A stretch of 63,522 bases of DNA, counting the filler, from Reticulomyxa filosa (taxonomy: Eukaryota > Protista > Foraminifera), in assembly GCA_000512085.1 (NCBI GenBank). It is 19 parts of 19 records of this genome, joined end to end, with 100 filler letters (N's around TTAATTAATTAA, not from the genome) between each part and the next. Parts side by side here need not be neighbours in the genome. Positions count along the whole stretch, not along the records: positions 27,831 to 30,505 come from ASPP01000666.1; positions 30,606 to 37,213 come from ASPP01004739.1; positions 37,314 to 38,676 come from ASPP01002977.1; positions 38,777 to 43,299 come from ASPP01019325.1; positions 43,400 to 45,252 come from ASPP01007404.1; positions 45,353 to 46,406 come from ASPP01025119.1; 13 more parts are not named here. One strand, 5' to 3'. Below, one piece after another: positions 30,395-45,399 of this stretch; the stretch's first letter is position 1, and every line of letters starts with the position of its first letter. The notes below the pieces were generated by a model that was not told the DNA's origin, ran no database searches, and was given only the letters and a program-made list of their open reading frames with translations. The position numbers and the translations under genes were made by a program.

Positions 30395-33300
30395 GTGTGT
30401 ACTGTTTTTGTTCTTGTTGATTTGTTTTTTCGGTTTTTGCTAATGCTCTTCTCTCTTTCTAGTTTATGCGTATGTATATTGTTTTTTTTTTTTTTTTTTT
30501 TTTTTNNNNNNNNNNNNNNNNNNNNNNNNNNNNNNNNNNNNNNNNNNNNTTAATTAATTAANNNNNNNNNNNNNNNNNNNNNNNNNNNNNNNNNNNNNNN
30601 NNNNNTTAAACACATTTAAACTTGTGGGCCTATATAAAAACTCGTTCCATTATGTTAATGACTTTTGTTGCATTATTACTGTGATATATTAATGATTAAA
30701 AAAATTACGAAAATATCGTTTTAAGGAAATGTGTTGATGATATTGTTAAAATTTTTTGCTGTAAAGAAGTTGTAATTTTTATTTTTTTTTAGTGTAATAA
30801 AAGTGTCAAGAAATGATAATTGTTTAGTTTTGGGCAATCTATTTCCTGAATTTTGCTCAAGCTGTGTTTAATTTCATTGTATTATAATATAATTTTACCA
30901 ATTTATTTATATTTTGTATTTTACGAGTCTGATACATTTTGAGAATCGTTTACTAGTTTGATAAATTTTTCATAGTCACTGCGTGATATCTTTATCTTTA
31001 TTAGCTTGATATAATTACTAATTTTAATAACGTGTTGATATCAAATTTCATTGGCATATTTATTGCTTCGACATTACTATCATTTTTTTTTATGATGCAT
31101 ACATATACGTATTTTTTTATTAAAAAAATTAGATATGTCCACAAATACTAATATCTTCCTTATTTCTTTGTGTTTGTTTGCAATGAATCTCTTATAGCTG
31201 TCAAATAAATAGTCCAACAACAGTAAATACTATGACGAAATGTTGCACACACGTGTTGGTGATTGCTTTTTGACACATCACTATCTTTTTTAGCACAGAT
31301 TCAACGATGTGACAGTGAATACAAACAAACTCCATGCAAGGCATTCGTGCTATCAACGACATCCACTCCTTCATTTCGACTATCCTTTTTTTTTACTCTA
31401 GTGTATTTTCAAGTTCAATTTTTGCCAGTGACTTGCTTTTTTGTTAAAAAATTTTTGCATCTATTTTATTTCATTCCTTTTTTGATTAAGTAAAAAGAAA
31501 ATTGAAAGATTTTGAAAGTAATTGTAGAACATACACATAAATGATTTGTCAAACTACCTTGGCAAAATGCGGACCAATTTTGTATGTTCTGTGATTTTTT
31601 AAGGTTAAACAGAGAACTATAATATAATTTATCATTGTAGTTAAAAGAAACTACTCAACTTAAGAAAAACTTTCAAACAAATTCCTTAATAGAAAGAGTA
31701 ATTATAATTTGATGTTGTCAGAAAATTTTTGCTTGCATAATATCGCGTAGATGGACCACGTCTTTTTTTTTGAACAAATTTTGTAGCTCTAAAATTTTTT
31801 TTAGTTTGTCCCCCGTACGAAAGTTGTTGAAAATTGATATTGTGCATGATACTCATAAAAATTTAATTCTTGTGAGTTTCCCAAGTAATTCAGAGAAAAT
31901 TTTGCTAATGCAATGCGGATGTTCTTTCTCTTTTTAGAAATACTTTGTTTTCTCATACATAAATACCTCTAAAATAAACTTTTGAAGTAAAAATTACTTC
32001 TCTTAAATAAAGTAAATTATATCACAATGGTGTTATTTTTAAAAAAGAAAATTAAGTTTATTTTCCTTGTTAATTATTGTTGAAGAAGCTATTTTGGCCA
32101 TTTTCTTCTGCTACAAGGTGCAATTTGGTAAAAGAAATTTTTTCTTCAAAAGCCGCTTTCACGTATTTGCGCATTCGCGTACCTTGTTTTTAAAAAGATC
32201 AGTTGAATGAAAAGATATTTATGCAATAACTGCTTACTCATATTTTTATGTTTAGGACAGTGTAGTTCAACTGAATTGTTTGCTATTTGTTTGAAATTTA
32301 TTAATTATTTAGGATAAATATGTAAAATAAAAAAGAATACGACAAAACAATAACATTACATAGCAATTCGGATAACAATACGATGAAACATTAAATACCA
32401 GAAAAAATAATTAAATTAAGTACGGCAAAGCGTCCTTATCCCACTCTATTACACCTTATTGTATATTTTCATAGCTCTTCAAATATTTGCATGCAGTTTT
32501 ATCTTCTCCTAGAAACATTTATATGCCATTTCCAAATTTTTTTTATTTAATGCATTTTATAACATCGCAAATAAAAAAGGAAGTAAAACTGTAATAATGT
32601 ATTAAATAGCAATTTGAATGAAAATGAAGAGTATAAAAATTAAACAAGAAAGATTTGTAAATTCTATGTTTTTTTTTCTTAGTAGCTAATTTTTGAAAAA
32701 GAAATTTTGCAACATTAAAGCTATTTTACAAATTCCAACTGGATTTTCTGTTTGTTAAAAATGTTTCCAAAAGATTGGAAAATATTATACATTCACTTTT
32801 ATTATAAAATGCTATTTTTATTTTTTTGTTTGTGCGCTTCCTATTTGACTATTTCAATTTGAGTTGGTTCGTGCAATGTCGCAATTTGAATGTAGAAGAT
32901 ATATCGTTTTATGTCAATAACATGAAAAAAACGAATAGATGACGCGATATTTAAAAAATATTTTGTTTAATGTGTTCAATTTTAATTACAAGATTTTCTA
33001 CTGATTGCAATAAGCTTGTGCAATTTGTTTATTGTTGACCATAGTCCAACAGTAAATAAGTAATAACTTTTTATACAGAAAGAAATATAAAATTTTAATT
33101 GAAATGTTTTGAGACTTTGATGTCAACAATCGATAAACCAACGGATAAGTGCACTCTACAGAAATAAGGCTTCCCTTAAAGGAAGTATTTGACCTTAATC
33201 TGACCTTTTAAAATAGTGATTATGAATTTCCTCTAAAAAAGAAATGATGTGCTTTGTGAATTTTTTGGAGGTGCTTTTGCATATCGACGAACTATAAATC

Positions 33301-34318
33301 AAAAAAATGTATCAAAAATGAAAACTATAGTTATGCTTCTTTCAATTTGATAATCACTAGTGTTTAAATTTGGAACTGTGTTTAATTGCGTTTTATTCAA
33401 AAAAAAAAAATCCTTTTACGTCTTCCCATCCAAAGCTTCAAAAACTAGTTGCTTGATAAAAAGTTCAACAGTAATATCGACGAACATCCGAACATAAGAA
33501 CGTTATGTTTTTTTTGGGACTTTCCTAACAATAGTCAAATAGCAGACCAGTACAAGAAAGCACAAACTCGACCAAAGAAGAAATTTTATATTATAAACTG
33601 AATCAATGACGATAGATACATTAAACTAGATTTAATTTGATTTTTTTGATTATGAAATTTTTGGAGTTTTGATATAGTAGCCCGTTGAGACAAATCTCAC
33701 TCTACTTTCACTTAGCATTCTGTTTGTGGTCGGTTGGAATAAATTCCTCGCTGCATTCAATTGCTTGAGAATTAACAAGTTTTTATTGATCTTTTATTTC
33801 TATGTTAGATTTAATAAATTTATTTACGTTTTGTGGTTGGGCTGTGCTCTTTGGGGCGGGGTCCTATAAACATTTCTCTATAAAAAAAATGTATTTGATT
33901 CATATTTTGCACTCTAAATCATAGCTTTATATTCTTTGAATACAATCAATTGATTGTCTCAATATCTCAAAAAGATGGTTTTGTTAGATGACGAAAAACA
34001 AATGGTATTACGACGGCTACTGTGATATGCTGAAAATTTCACACTAGATAAATGTCAATTGAATAATTGAATTTGTTTGTAATGGACTGTTAAAACACTA
34101 AGATAAAACAGTTTGTTCGAATTGAGTTCCATATTCCAAAAGATTTCCAACAGAAACTTTAAAATTAGAAATTATTGCCACGTTTTGTAAAGTGATCTAT
34201 TTTATGTTTTTTTTTTTGTGCGTTTCTTTCAAAAATACTGAACATAAAGGGGTTGCGTTGCAAGTCAAACTTTTTTAAAATTGTTGATTGTTGCACTCAT
34301 CATTTTTAAATTGAAATT

Positions 34319-35486
34319 ATGAGCACTCATGTCGAGGAAAAACAAAATACATCACCGTTGGTAAATTTTCTACTTATTTTGTGTATTACTTGTCGTTAAG
34401 CAAATTAAACACCTGTGTTAACAAAAAGTCAAAAAGAGAAGTGGGTATAATTATTCAAAATTGGCTTCGTATTTTGAGTGTAAAATTAGGATGGATTCAT
34501 GATTTTGATAAGCTTGTTACCAAATATGTTAAGTTATTGATTTTGTCTTTGTTTTCTGTTTATTTTTACTTGATACCGACTCATTACCTACATTTAAAAT
34601 AGGCCAAATATTTCACGTTGTTACAAATTTTACGAGGGCACGACGATGAAATAACAAGTTTGGTATTTTCACGGGACGGTCGCAATTTTGCTTCGGCTTC
34701 TGGAGATAAAACAGTTCGAATATGGGATGCTGTTTCCAGAAAACAAATACAAAATTGCAAAGGGCATTTCAAGTATGTCCGTAGTGCAGCATTTTCACCA
34801 GATGGGAATACTATTGTATCGGGTTCATGGGATAAGACAATTCGATTGTGGGATGTAAAATCAGGAAGAGAGATAATGTGCTAGAAGGATGTTTAAGTTT
34901 GGTATTGGATGTAAAATTTTCTCCGGATGGAAAGAGTATTGTGTCAGGTTCAGCTGACAATTTGATACGATTGTGGGATTCAAATTCTGGAAAATTGTTG
35001 CAAACATTAGCAGGTCATTCAAACGAGGTATGGAGAGTTGAATTTTCACCAGATGGCCAAAAGCTGGTATCTGCATCTTATGATAGAACAGCCAGCATAT
35101 GGAATGCAAAATCAGGTGAAAGATTAAAACAATTAGTAGGACATTCTGGTACTATAACAAATGCAAGATTTTCTCCTGATGGCCAAACTATTGTATCTTG
35201 TTCACTTGATAGAACAATTCGAATATGGAACGTAGAATCGGGAATACAGTTGAATATATTACAAGGACACACAAGCCCTGTAGATGATGTACAATATTTT
35301 CCAGATGGTCAAACTATTGTATCTTGTTCCAATGATCACACAATTCGATTGTGGGATGTGAAATCAGTAAAGGAAATACAGAGATTGGAAGGATGTATTT
35401 TATCTCCATGCAGTATAACTGTTTCACTTGATGGAAGTATGATTGTAGTAGGTTTTCGTGATAATGCCATAGGTATCTGGGGATGA
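34319..35486 (+). CDS. Seven-bladed WD40-repeat protein with short lineage-specific N-terminus
   Basis: Seven GH...FSPDG..IVS.S.D.TIRLWD repeats, N-terminal [18 protein letters not shown] motif, introns starting 34361 and 34528, one missing A at about 34875. Confidence 0.9.
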
Positions 35487-36273
35487 TGGAAATATAATCA
35501 GAATTTTTTTGAAAATAGCAAGTTTATATTAATAATATTTCCAAAAGAACATTACCTTTGATTGGTGACAGTTCATTGAAGTCGAACTAATGATTACTCT
35601 TCTTTTTGGTTTTGTTTATTCGCGTTATTAAATCAAAGAGATGAGTGACATTTTATCATTGTTTATTGAATAGACAACAAAAGTATTTTGCAATCAAATG
35701 CAAAATTAAATACTGTATTTTCTTTTTTTTTCGTCACAATTTGAATGGCATAAAAAAAACAGAATATTGTTCTATATTTTGACATTACCAAACTAAAAAC
35801 GTTTCCAAATATTTTGCATCGCATTTCAATACATCTTTATGTTTTAATTGTTTCATCTATCAAACATGTACCATAAATTAACGTGTGCATATGATACGCT
35901 CTTTACTTCTTTAGCACTTTCACTTGTCTTATCTCATCTTTTAATGATGGAATTATTAACCCTGAAGATTTTGAGTGTATTTTGGAAAACTTATCACAGC
36001 TTTCATAGCCAACCGTTCCATTATCAAAAGGTAATACAATAGTTCTCATCTGATGACATCCCATGCCCTTCACTCAATTTGAGTGCCCTTTCGTCCTTAT
36101 TTTTGCACGCTTGTAGACTCAATCCTTTTTAAGAAATCGAATTTTTGGCTTGAAAGTGCCAAAAAATATTTATTTGATTTAAAAAATACCAAACTTCAAG
36201 GCAAAGTCACGTACAATAACTGTAAATTTTCAGTATAAAAAAAAAATTGTACTTGTAATTGAATTAATCTATA

Positions 36274-37090
36274 ATGTACCGGTTATTGACTCAAGGAATA
36301 ATTACTATAACTCTGGAATGGTTGTTTGCGGTGGCACTGGCGTTATTGGGAGCGTACTGGCAGGTTCAAACAATGAAACACCAAGCAACGTCAGTGATAG
36401 CTAACCGCCACGTACTAGTATCACTTTGTGAGAACGCGTTGATAATGATCGGTGCTAGCATGGTGCACCCGATCTTTCTTATATGTTCATTAATAGAAAT
36501 AGACAAGACAAAGAATCAACAGATGAAAGAGTTTAATGAGATACTATATCACATAGGAAACATATTATGGATACTTGCATATCCGTGCAATGCAGTATTG
36601 CTCTGCACAAGATTGTGGGCACTGTGAGTCTGTTGAAACAATGTGTTTTTTTTTTTTAATTTCTATATTTTTCTTGTTTCAACATTTGATACGTATAATT
36701 TTGTGGATGCACAGTTTCAAAAAAAAAAATTCATAGGCGCACATAAACACATGCAGTTTTTTTTTTTTTTTTTTGGTGTGTCGCATTAGGTATTACAGCA
36801 CGCAATACAATATTGGATTGTCACAAGGGAAATGGACAGTGTGCATAAACAAAACTGCCTACGGTGGAGGTAGCAGCACCTTGCAATGGTTTATTGATGC
36901 AAATAACAAAAAGACCTTTGGCAATATCAGGTGGGTATTTTCGAGAGTGTGTATACCAATTTTTATTGTCGAGTTTGTCAGTTTGATGACAATTTTATCG
37001 GAGCTCGGCGATTTGACAGGCCGCATCGCTGTCATTTCTATGTGTTCCATATCGGTTATGTTTGCTTCATACATATGGTACGACTCTTCA
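36274..37090 (+). CDS. Multi-pass membrane protein (possibly 7TM receptor-like), partial
   Basis: Several hydrophobic segments in ORFs 36274-36627 and 36773-37261, separated by a GT-AG intron from 36624. No family motif recognised. Confidence 0.5.
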
Positions 37091-37174
37091 AAAAAAAAAA
37101 AAAAAAAAAAAAGTTCAATCGTATATCAATATATGCATATATGTGTACATATTATATACTACGTGAGACCACTT

Positions 37175-37213
<39 letters not shown>

Positions 37214-40200
37214 NNNNNNNNNNNNNNNNNNNNNNNNNNNNNNNNNNNNNNNNNNNNTTAATTAATTAANNNNNNNNNNNNNNNNNNNNNNNNNNNNNNN
37301 NNNNNNNNNNNNNTATGTAATTGTTAAATACTTCCATTTGAAATAAATAACTTTTTTTTTCACAAACAAATTAAAATGATAAATTGATTAGATTTTTTAT
37401 TTAAAAATTAATTATACTTGTGTTTGAGGTTCACATTGGCGCTATAAAACATGAATTTGAATCATACAAACTCAAAAAAAGTTTTTAATTATATTTTTTT
37501 ACCAATAATTCTTCAGAAATGTCAGTATTCATTCAATCAATTTTCATAAATTTTCAACAATATTGATTGATTTGATGTCAAAATTTAGTTTCACCTTGCA
37601 AAGCAGCAAAAAGTAATCAAAATATGGACCAGTTTAAAAAAACGGAGAAATGGAGGCGTATGTATTGAAAAAGGGTTTGTACTTATTACAGTGCATATAC
37701 CAATATCAACAATATTTCTATTTTCAACGCATACAGCAAAAATTGCAAGAATAATAATCCGAGTGAAACGATGAACAAAGAGCCAGTGCAATTATTGGAG
37801 CAGCTGTTAGATATAACTGCATTACAAAACAGTCACCATTTGCCAAATATCGCTACGAAAATGGCTTTGGCTGTTCTATAATCTATCATTACACACCCAC
37901 TACGCTTTAATATCCATTACAATAATTATTGTCATCGTACTTATCAATGCGACTGCAACGACCCCTTTACTTATCAATTGAAATGCCAGCACAGTCATCC
38001 GTTGCCACGAATTTAGAGTATTTCAATTCATCAACACCATGTGGTTCAATATTTATTGCAGTCCAAGAGAAAAGAACAATCGATGCGATCAATGGTCGTT
38101 ATCCTACTTGCTATACGAAGATTGTTGAATGAATTGTCAACACGACTGCCGAACAATATGTGGAAACACAATTTGTAACTAAATTGGCGAGGAGAACAAA
38201 GTAGTGGATGAGTTGGATATCAGCGTTTTGGAGTCATTGGAAAGTCAATATATCAACAACAGCAAAAGGAGATCGATCATTTACATCACTGCCAAAAGAG
38301 AATCCATATTGACGATGCTGATCAGCGGAGCCTCAACCGATATCACAAGTTTGTTTGATGTCACCACCAAAGCCTTTTGGACAGTGTCATCTTACTTCAG
38401 ATGAAACACATTTAGTGAAAAAAGTTAGCGGAAGAAATGATAAAAATAATGATCCAACATCACTTTATCAAATACAAGATAGACAAGTATTGAATGTAAT
38501 ATCATGATTAAATAGTATTTGACAAGTGACCACGATTGCAATTTTTCTGTTGGTATTAATTGTCTTTTTTTTTTTTTTCCGAAAACACTTTTTTTTAACT
38601 TAAAACTTTTTTTTTTGTTTGTATGTACTGATTATTATATGAATATTCGATTTGGAAAAAATAATTTGTGTGTGGTNNNNNNNNNNNNNNNNNNNNNNNN
38701 NNNNNNNNNNNNNNNNNNNNTTAATTAATTAANNNNNNNNNNNNNNNNNNNNNNNNNNNNNNNNNNNNNNNNNNNNCATCTTGCAATGTGAAAAAAAGAT
38801 AAAATTGCATAATTTCAACACAAAAAATCGTAAACTGTGAAATTCTACATTTTTGCCTTATAACCCGGTTTCCTCCTGAAAAAAATTGTAAAAAAGACAG
38901 GAATAGAGAATATATGATAAAAAGGCTACAAAGCCTTGAAAGTACAAATAACACGAGAAGATCTAAGTTTCGGTGCCATTTCACGAGGCAAAAAGTAAAT
39001 TAAATTTTGGTTTCCAGTAAACCTGTTCAATCAAAAGAATTGTGTTTTTTTGGCCGAAAAAGAAACCTTGAATACATTGTGGTCCCATTTGTTGGTCGAA
39101 GAAGCATAAAGTTCTTTTTTGTTGATATTTACATTTAATGCATTCAATTCAATATTGCGTCTTTCTTCTTAAAAAAAAATAAAAATAGGGACAAAAAAAA
39201 AGACCTCATGCAAAATTGATTGGGAAAAATTCATCGACGAAGATGACAACAACAAAAAAGAATTTAGATATGAACAGGAAAAAGAGCGAATTAGTTGATG
39301 GTCAAACACACAAGTATTAAAATAAAATCGAACATATTTTCGATCAATGTCTTTGGTGCTTTGAATAAGTTTGGACAATTTATATTGACAAAATTGGCGA
39401 AATTGAGCTCGCTAAGTTAAATTAAGATTCAACTGAAAATAAATTTGATTGGCTGGTTCATCACGACTATAAAATGCTTCATTTTGAATAGCATCAATTT
39501 TTGCTTTTGCAACAAGAGCTTGTACCATTGTCATCCAATTGTGCAATTCTTCATATTCTACTTTCAATTGTTTTGAAGGAATGTCAATTGAGAGTGACCA
39601 GGAATTTGTATTTTTGCATTTGAACATTTACTGCATTTCCACCTTTCACTTTGTGCACACTTCCACTCGTCATGCTTTCATTGTCATCCTTCATTGATAA
39701 CTGCATTATAATTAGTTTTATTAAATACAGAACTTTTGCATTCATGGACAATAGTGTAACATTCTTTATAAATGATATTCTGTTACTAGAAATTCTGCAA
39801 TTTCATTACTTAAATAAGGATATAGAATATCATTATGATTATTGTCATCAGATTTTGATTGATGAGTTGGAAATTTCCATTCAATGGCTTGTTTATCCAA
39901 ATATCTGATTAATTCATTTAAACTATCAAAATTGATATTACTATTATTATCTCAACTCAATTGGATGGATGATTAAATATATCAAACCAAGTATCAATAA
40001 TTTTCCAAATGTGATTATTTGAATTCTATTTGTTTGTCAATGTATTTTTATTTTTCGTTTGGATATTTTTTTAAACCACAAAATATCATTCTGATTTTGA
40101 TGATTTGACGATGGGACTGTCATAATTTGTGAAGGTCGTTGTATGTGTATTTGCTTTGCTTCTGCTGGTGCGACAATAGCAGAATTTACAATAAAGATCA

Positions 40201-43200
40201 AGACTTGATGATGCGAGCGAAAGCGTCTTTGGTAGCCAATGCAATCAGCAAAAAAGAAATAGAAGGTGTGTTGATACAACATTGATTCCAAGGCTAGGCC
40301 ATGACATCGATGTCATCTCAAGTGCTCAATGACGACAATTGCAAGGAAATGGATTGAAATCGATTAGAAGGTAGTATTTGTGTCATTGTTTCTATTCGCA
40401 TTCAATACAATAATTTTGTCATTGTTGAATGTGTTGAGCTGCAGCTTTATCTCGAGTATGGATGGGGGAACATTGCTTCGACATAGAATGATGTATAGTA
40501 TTCGCATTTACGGTGGCTATTTTGCAAATGGAGTCGTCCGTCGGAACGCAAATTGTCATCCACTTTTATTACCTCAAGAACGAGAAACATTGTGGGAATG
40601 ATGGTCATTATTTCTTGATTTACATACTGCCCTGGAAAAGATTCACGATTTGCGTTTGACTGATTGAACATTGTATCCCCAATATTATAGATGGACTGGG
40701 ATTGTTTTACAATCTAACTCCTTCATGTGTCTTCCGTATCGGTACTACGTTAATTTTCTGGATATTGTTTTTGTTCTTCTTCATTTGCCGATTCCACCAC
40801 CTACACCGCCTGTGAACTTTGCGTATCTCAGCTGCTGTAAAAACAAAAACGACAAACAATAAATTAATTCAAATTGTTAAAGAAAAAAAGACAAAAAATA
40901 ATTAATGCTTTTAACTTTGATCTTCTTTCAAAGGCATTCTAATCAATGAAGCAAATCATTTCCTTCCAATTTTACTTGACGACGATAACCATAGTTTTTT
41001 TTACATTGAAAAAGACAATCCAGCTATCAATCAAATTGCAATAATATTTTCCACCAAATCAAACACGAAAAGTTATAACAATTGTTTTTTGAAAATGTTT
41101 CCATATACCTTTGATATGTCCATATCGGAAGATCACATACAACATGATCATAAATACACGTAAAAGGCAGTCGGACATTTGATCAAATTATGCACGTTGA
41201 TGAACTGGAGCACATTGAACGATAGTAATGTATGCTAATCCAAGTGTTATTGTGTGACTGCAAGTACATGATAATTCATTGTCACTTGATGTTCGTTTTA
41301 TGGAGACTATGAGTGACTATGGATGATATTTATAAAACGAAACACAACACTTTTAATGGATTTATTGTGTCGGCTTTCTTTCGTTCACATTATCTCCTCC
41401 CTTCTCTTGGTATGTTCAAATTTCTTGCACGATTCATTACTAGTGTCATATTTTAAAAAATAATCCAAAATACTATTGTTTCTTTCTTTTTCTTTTCCTC
41501 TTCCCTTAGTCTACTCTTTCTTGTTCTTCTTTCTCTTCATGTTCCTATTTCTTTCATTCCAAACCTAAGACAAACCATTCAACGATGAAGTAATACATGT
41601 CCACATTGCTTTGATTAAAACACATCACAACAATTGAAAATATGAAAAATAGCACATACCTTCAAATAAAGCTGTCTTTCCTTGCGTTTGGTTGGTGCTT
41701 GCCATTTTGAATACCTTTTTTTTCCGTTGTTCTGATTTTGGTGATATGCGTTCTCTATTTTGAATTCGAGCAATGGCAGGATTGCATGCCACGATGGAAT
41801 TCTCCACAGAATATGCGCTTACTTCTGGTCTTTCGCATTTACATTCATCACAAAACTCTAATATATTTCCTTTTTCCTCAATTGTATTTGTTATATTGAT
41901 TGATTTGTGAACTTACACAAACAATCCACTTTTGAGCTGTGGTTGCGACAGATCAAGAAAACACCAAAAGTTGGGGCAACGATACAATTGCTCTGCATTC
42001 TGCCAATGGATTAGATTCGTGCTGTCTTTGTTATTGCTTGTGACTCGTTATACGATCTATATTTTAAGATTGGCGATGTAATTGTGAATTGCTCTTGGAT
42101 ACCAATTGATCAATTCGTGGAGCCGACACATTGCTAAACATGGCCCTGATTCAATTGTTTGCTGGTCCGTGTGAATAAGTTCATTGGTCATGTTCAATAT
42201 TTAACCGTCGGCAGCAATATGATTTGGAGAAGAAGCAATTTGAACAGCTCTGTTATTGGAGGAGCTCAGGTATCTCATAAAAAATGCCAATACCATCTGC
42301 TACCGATGATAGAACAGCCAATGCTTCCAATTCACTATTCAAATCTTGAGGATTCAGCTAATGCACAAGCAGCAATGGATATGTCTTATATGCTGACTCT
42401 GTTTTGGCGGGCAAATTGTTAATAATCACCAGCTTTCACTTAACAAAACTATTTGTTGTTTCAAGCCTAAGTATACAGAAATAACATCAATTTGAGATTA
42501 TTGAAGAAAGAGTGAGTTACTTACTTTAGCAAATACTTGTTTCGAGTTTATTTTGACTGGCCGATCTCTAGATAATTTTGGACCAATGTAATTTGATGGT
42601 GCTGTCTTTACTAAGGATTCGTTGCTTTTTTTTTAGTCGCCATTGGTTCCAGCAAAATCTTGTATTTTGAACGCATCGTTCGAAAAGCACATTGTTTGTG
42701 TTTTGAAATTCGGTCAAATGGAATTGCACGTATATCCATAGAAATTACATTCAAATAATGATACGTGTGTATTCCTCTATACTAATATGTTACGTCGGCG
42801 ATCAAGTGAGATACAATGAAACAGCAGCTAGATTAAATTCATATAATAAAAAAGGTGACATTTGTTGCATTGTGTCTGTCTTTTATATTGTTCACTTCTT
42901 ACCAGAGTCCACTTCAATATCTTCGCCACATTGACCTATATAAATAGAAATATTATATCGCTGCAATAATGCTCTTTACCAAAAAAGAATTTGGCACAAT
43001 CAAGGTTGTTCATTTTCTCATCTCTTCTCAATGTTCTCGTAATTTGTTGATGTTGCTAATTCATTTATATAAGTTATACATATATTTTCAGATTTAATTT
43101 TTTTTAATAAACACACACAAAGAAAAAAACTTTACTTAACTATCCCGCGCGGGATATCAATATTAAAATAAAAAAATAAAAATTTAAATCATAATTTTTC

Positions 43201-43612
43201 CTTTTCAAAAATGTTTGTTTCTTTTTCTTTTTCTTTTTTTCCTTTTTTCTTTTTTATTATATCTTTTTTTTTCTTTTTTCCTTTTTCCTTTTTCCTTTTN
43301 NNNNNNNNNNNNNNNNNNNNNNNNNNNNNNNNNNNNNNNNNNNTTAATTAATTAANNNNNNNNNNNNNNNNNNNNNNNNNNNNNNNNNNNNNNNNNNNNT
43401 TTTTTTTTTTTTACTATTTAATTTAATGAAAACCATTGCGTTGAATGAATTCACTACTTTGCAAAATGGAAAAAAAAGAATAAGTGTACTCACTGAAAGA
43501 GAGATATAGAGAAAAAAAAGATTACCACTCGAAATTGATCAATGCGAAAGAAAAAAGAAGGTAAATAATACGGCAGAAAACCTGGTGAAACTGAAATTCT
43601 GGTCTCAACTCC

Positions 43613-44374
43613 ATGAACAAAAAAGCTCTTTTGGAACAAGAAAAAAATGATTTATTCAACAATTGGTTTCGTTATATAGCCACTCCGCTGCTATTGTTAC
43701 ATGCGTTTTGTTATTATTATTTTAAGCATTCAGTCAAACAAAAGCCGAGCACGAACACAAACGAGACTGTGACCGAGTATGTGTACCAATCGAGTGATGT
43801 TGGGTTGGTGATGGATCTGAAGGAAATATTCCCTTGGCTGTATTTACAAGGGCATTCTTTCTGTGCCGTATCAAGTGTGCTGTGCATTTTGTTCCAAAAG
43901 GAGTTACTTTTTCGAGTGTCAACCCACAAGGACGAAAGACAACGCTTTAATCCATTGATATGGAATATTCACAAGTTTGTAGGATACGTGATCCTATGCT
44001 GTGTGTTCACAATGGATGTTTGTGGTTATCTAATGGGGGCATTTTCAAATTGGCCGTCTTTTGACATCTTCAGCATTTATTTTGCGTCTCCGTGGCCGTT
44101 TATGATTTTGGGGGTGTTTCTGTCTGCCAAACTCCAGTTGTGGAACTTTCATCGATTCATGTCTAACATGTTGTTCAAGGCGTGCGTTGTCACACCAGTT
44201 GCAAGGTTTGCTGGTGCCATTGCACAAAGGTATCACCAATTTGGCACTAGTGATGAATACAACTATTACATGGGTATTGCTTTGGTCACCTTGCTTGCTT
44301 CTGTTTGGCAGCTTTATGACTTGTTTCTTTTGATTCGATCAAAACCAATCGAGCCGTCTCAAAAGCAAGATTAA
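43613..44374 (+). CDS. Intronless multi-pass membrane protein, DUF2306-like
   Basis: 253-aa clean ORF with about 6 TM segments and His motifs (GHSF, IHKFVGYVIL, FHRFM) reminiscent of DUF2306. The family call is tentative. Confidence 0.65.
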   Translation: MNKKALLEQEKNDLFNNWFRYIATPLLLLHAFCYYYFKHSVKQKPSTNTNETVTEYVYQSSDVGLVMDLKEIFPWLYLQGHSFCAVSSVLCILFQKELLFRVSTHKDERQRFNPLIWNIHKFVGYVILCCVFTMDVCGYLMGAFSNWPSFDIFSIYFASPWPFMILGVFLSAKLQLWNFHRFMSNMLFKACVVTPVARFAGAIAQRYHQFGTSDEYNYYMGIALVTLLASVWQLYDLFLLIRSKPIEPSQKQD

Positions 44375-44659
44375 ACTCATAAAAAAAATTATTTTTTTTC
44401 TTTTAGTAAATATTTTGATGAAAAGTTCTTCAATCATGTTTATAAAAATAAAACAAACACATTTACCAAAAATATCACATTTTTTGTTTTTATGTTGTTC
44501 CATGTGTCTTTTATAATAAAATGGATTGAAATCTATTTTCAATCCATTTATTTTTTGTCAATGTTTTTAATGCAATCCTCATAAGTGGTTCGTCGGACGT
44601 GGAACTTAGTCCGAAAGTGGCAAAAAAAAAACAAACAAAAAAAAGAAAAATTGGAATAA

Positions 44660-45252
44660 ATGAGCAATGAATCAACATTTCCATTTTACCATGTACCTTA
44701 CGCAGTAGGTAATATGTCACGTGAAGGACTGTCAACTCATCCTGTGACAAGACAAGATGATGGGGAGTGGCAAGAATGTAATCATTCCGTGCCTTTGTGT
44801 AAGCAAAATGTAACATTGAGGCACGGAGTGGAACATCGTCACTTGTCACATCAATGCTATCCCCATTTGCATTTGCACGCGCATTCGCGCGTCCAACCGT
44901 TATATGAGAATGCAACAAAGGGAGGACTAACAGCAGTGACAATGACAAGAGAGGACACTCTCGGCAAAGATGGCAAAAAAAAAAAGGGAAAAGAAAGAAA
45001 GAAAGAAGAAAAAAAAAGAGCAGAAAAGAGCATGGAAAGCAGTAAAAAAAGTAAAAGCAATAGAAATAAGTATAAAAAAGAAAGAGCAAAATCCAAAACG
45101 AAAACTAAAAAATATTTACAAAAAAGCAAAACAAAAGAAAAAGATGAAAAAAAAGAAAAAGAGAAAAAAAAAGAAAAGGAAAAAAAGAAAAGCAAACAAC
45201 AAAAAACAAACGACACAGCATCAGCAACCACAACAACAGCCACAACAACAAC
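44660..45252 (+). CDS. Lys/Glu-rich low-complexity protein fragment
   Basis: ATG-initiated ORF open to the contig end, with a K/E-rich tract. No domain recognised. Confidence 0.4.
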
Positions 45253-45399
45253 NNNNNNNNNNNNNNNNNNNNNNNNNNNNNNNNNNNNNNNNNNNNTTAA
45301 TTAATTAANNNNNNNNNNNNNNNNNNNNNNNNNNNNNNNNNNNNNNNNNNNNTTTTTTTTTTGTGTTTAAAAAAAGAATCAATATTGAAGTATGGAAAT

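Noticed and set aside
30606-34300. 3.7-kb stretch with almost no ORFs, as a possible ncRNA or regulatory locus
   Set aside because: AT-rich intergenic sequence with no recognisable repeat, structure or motif by eye.
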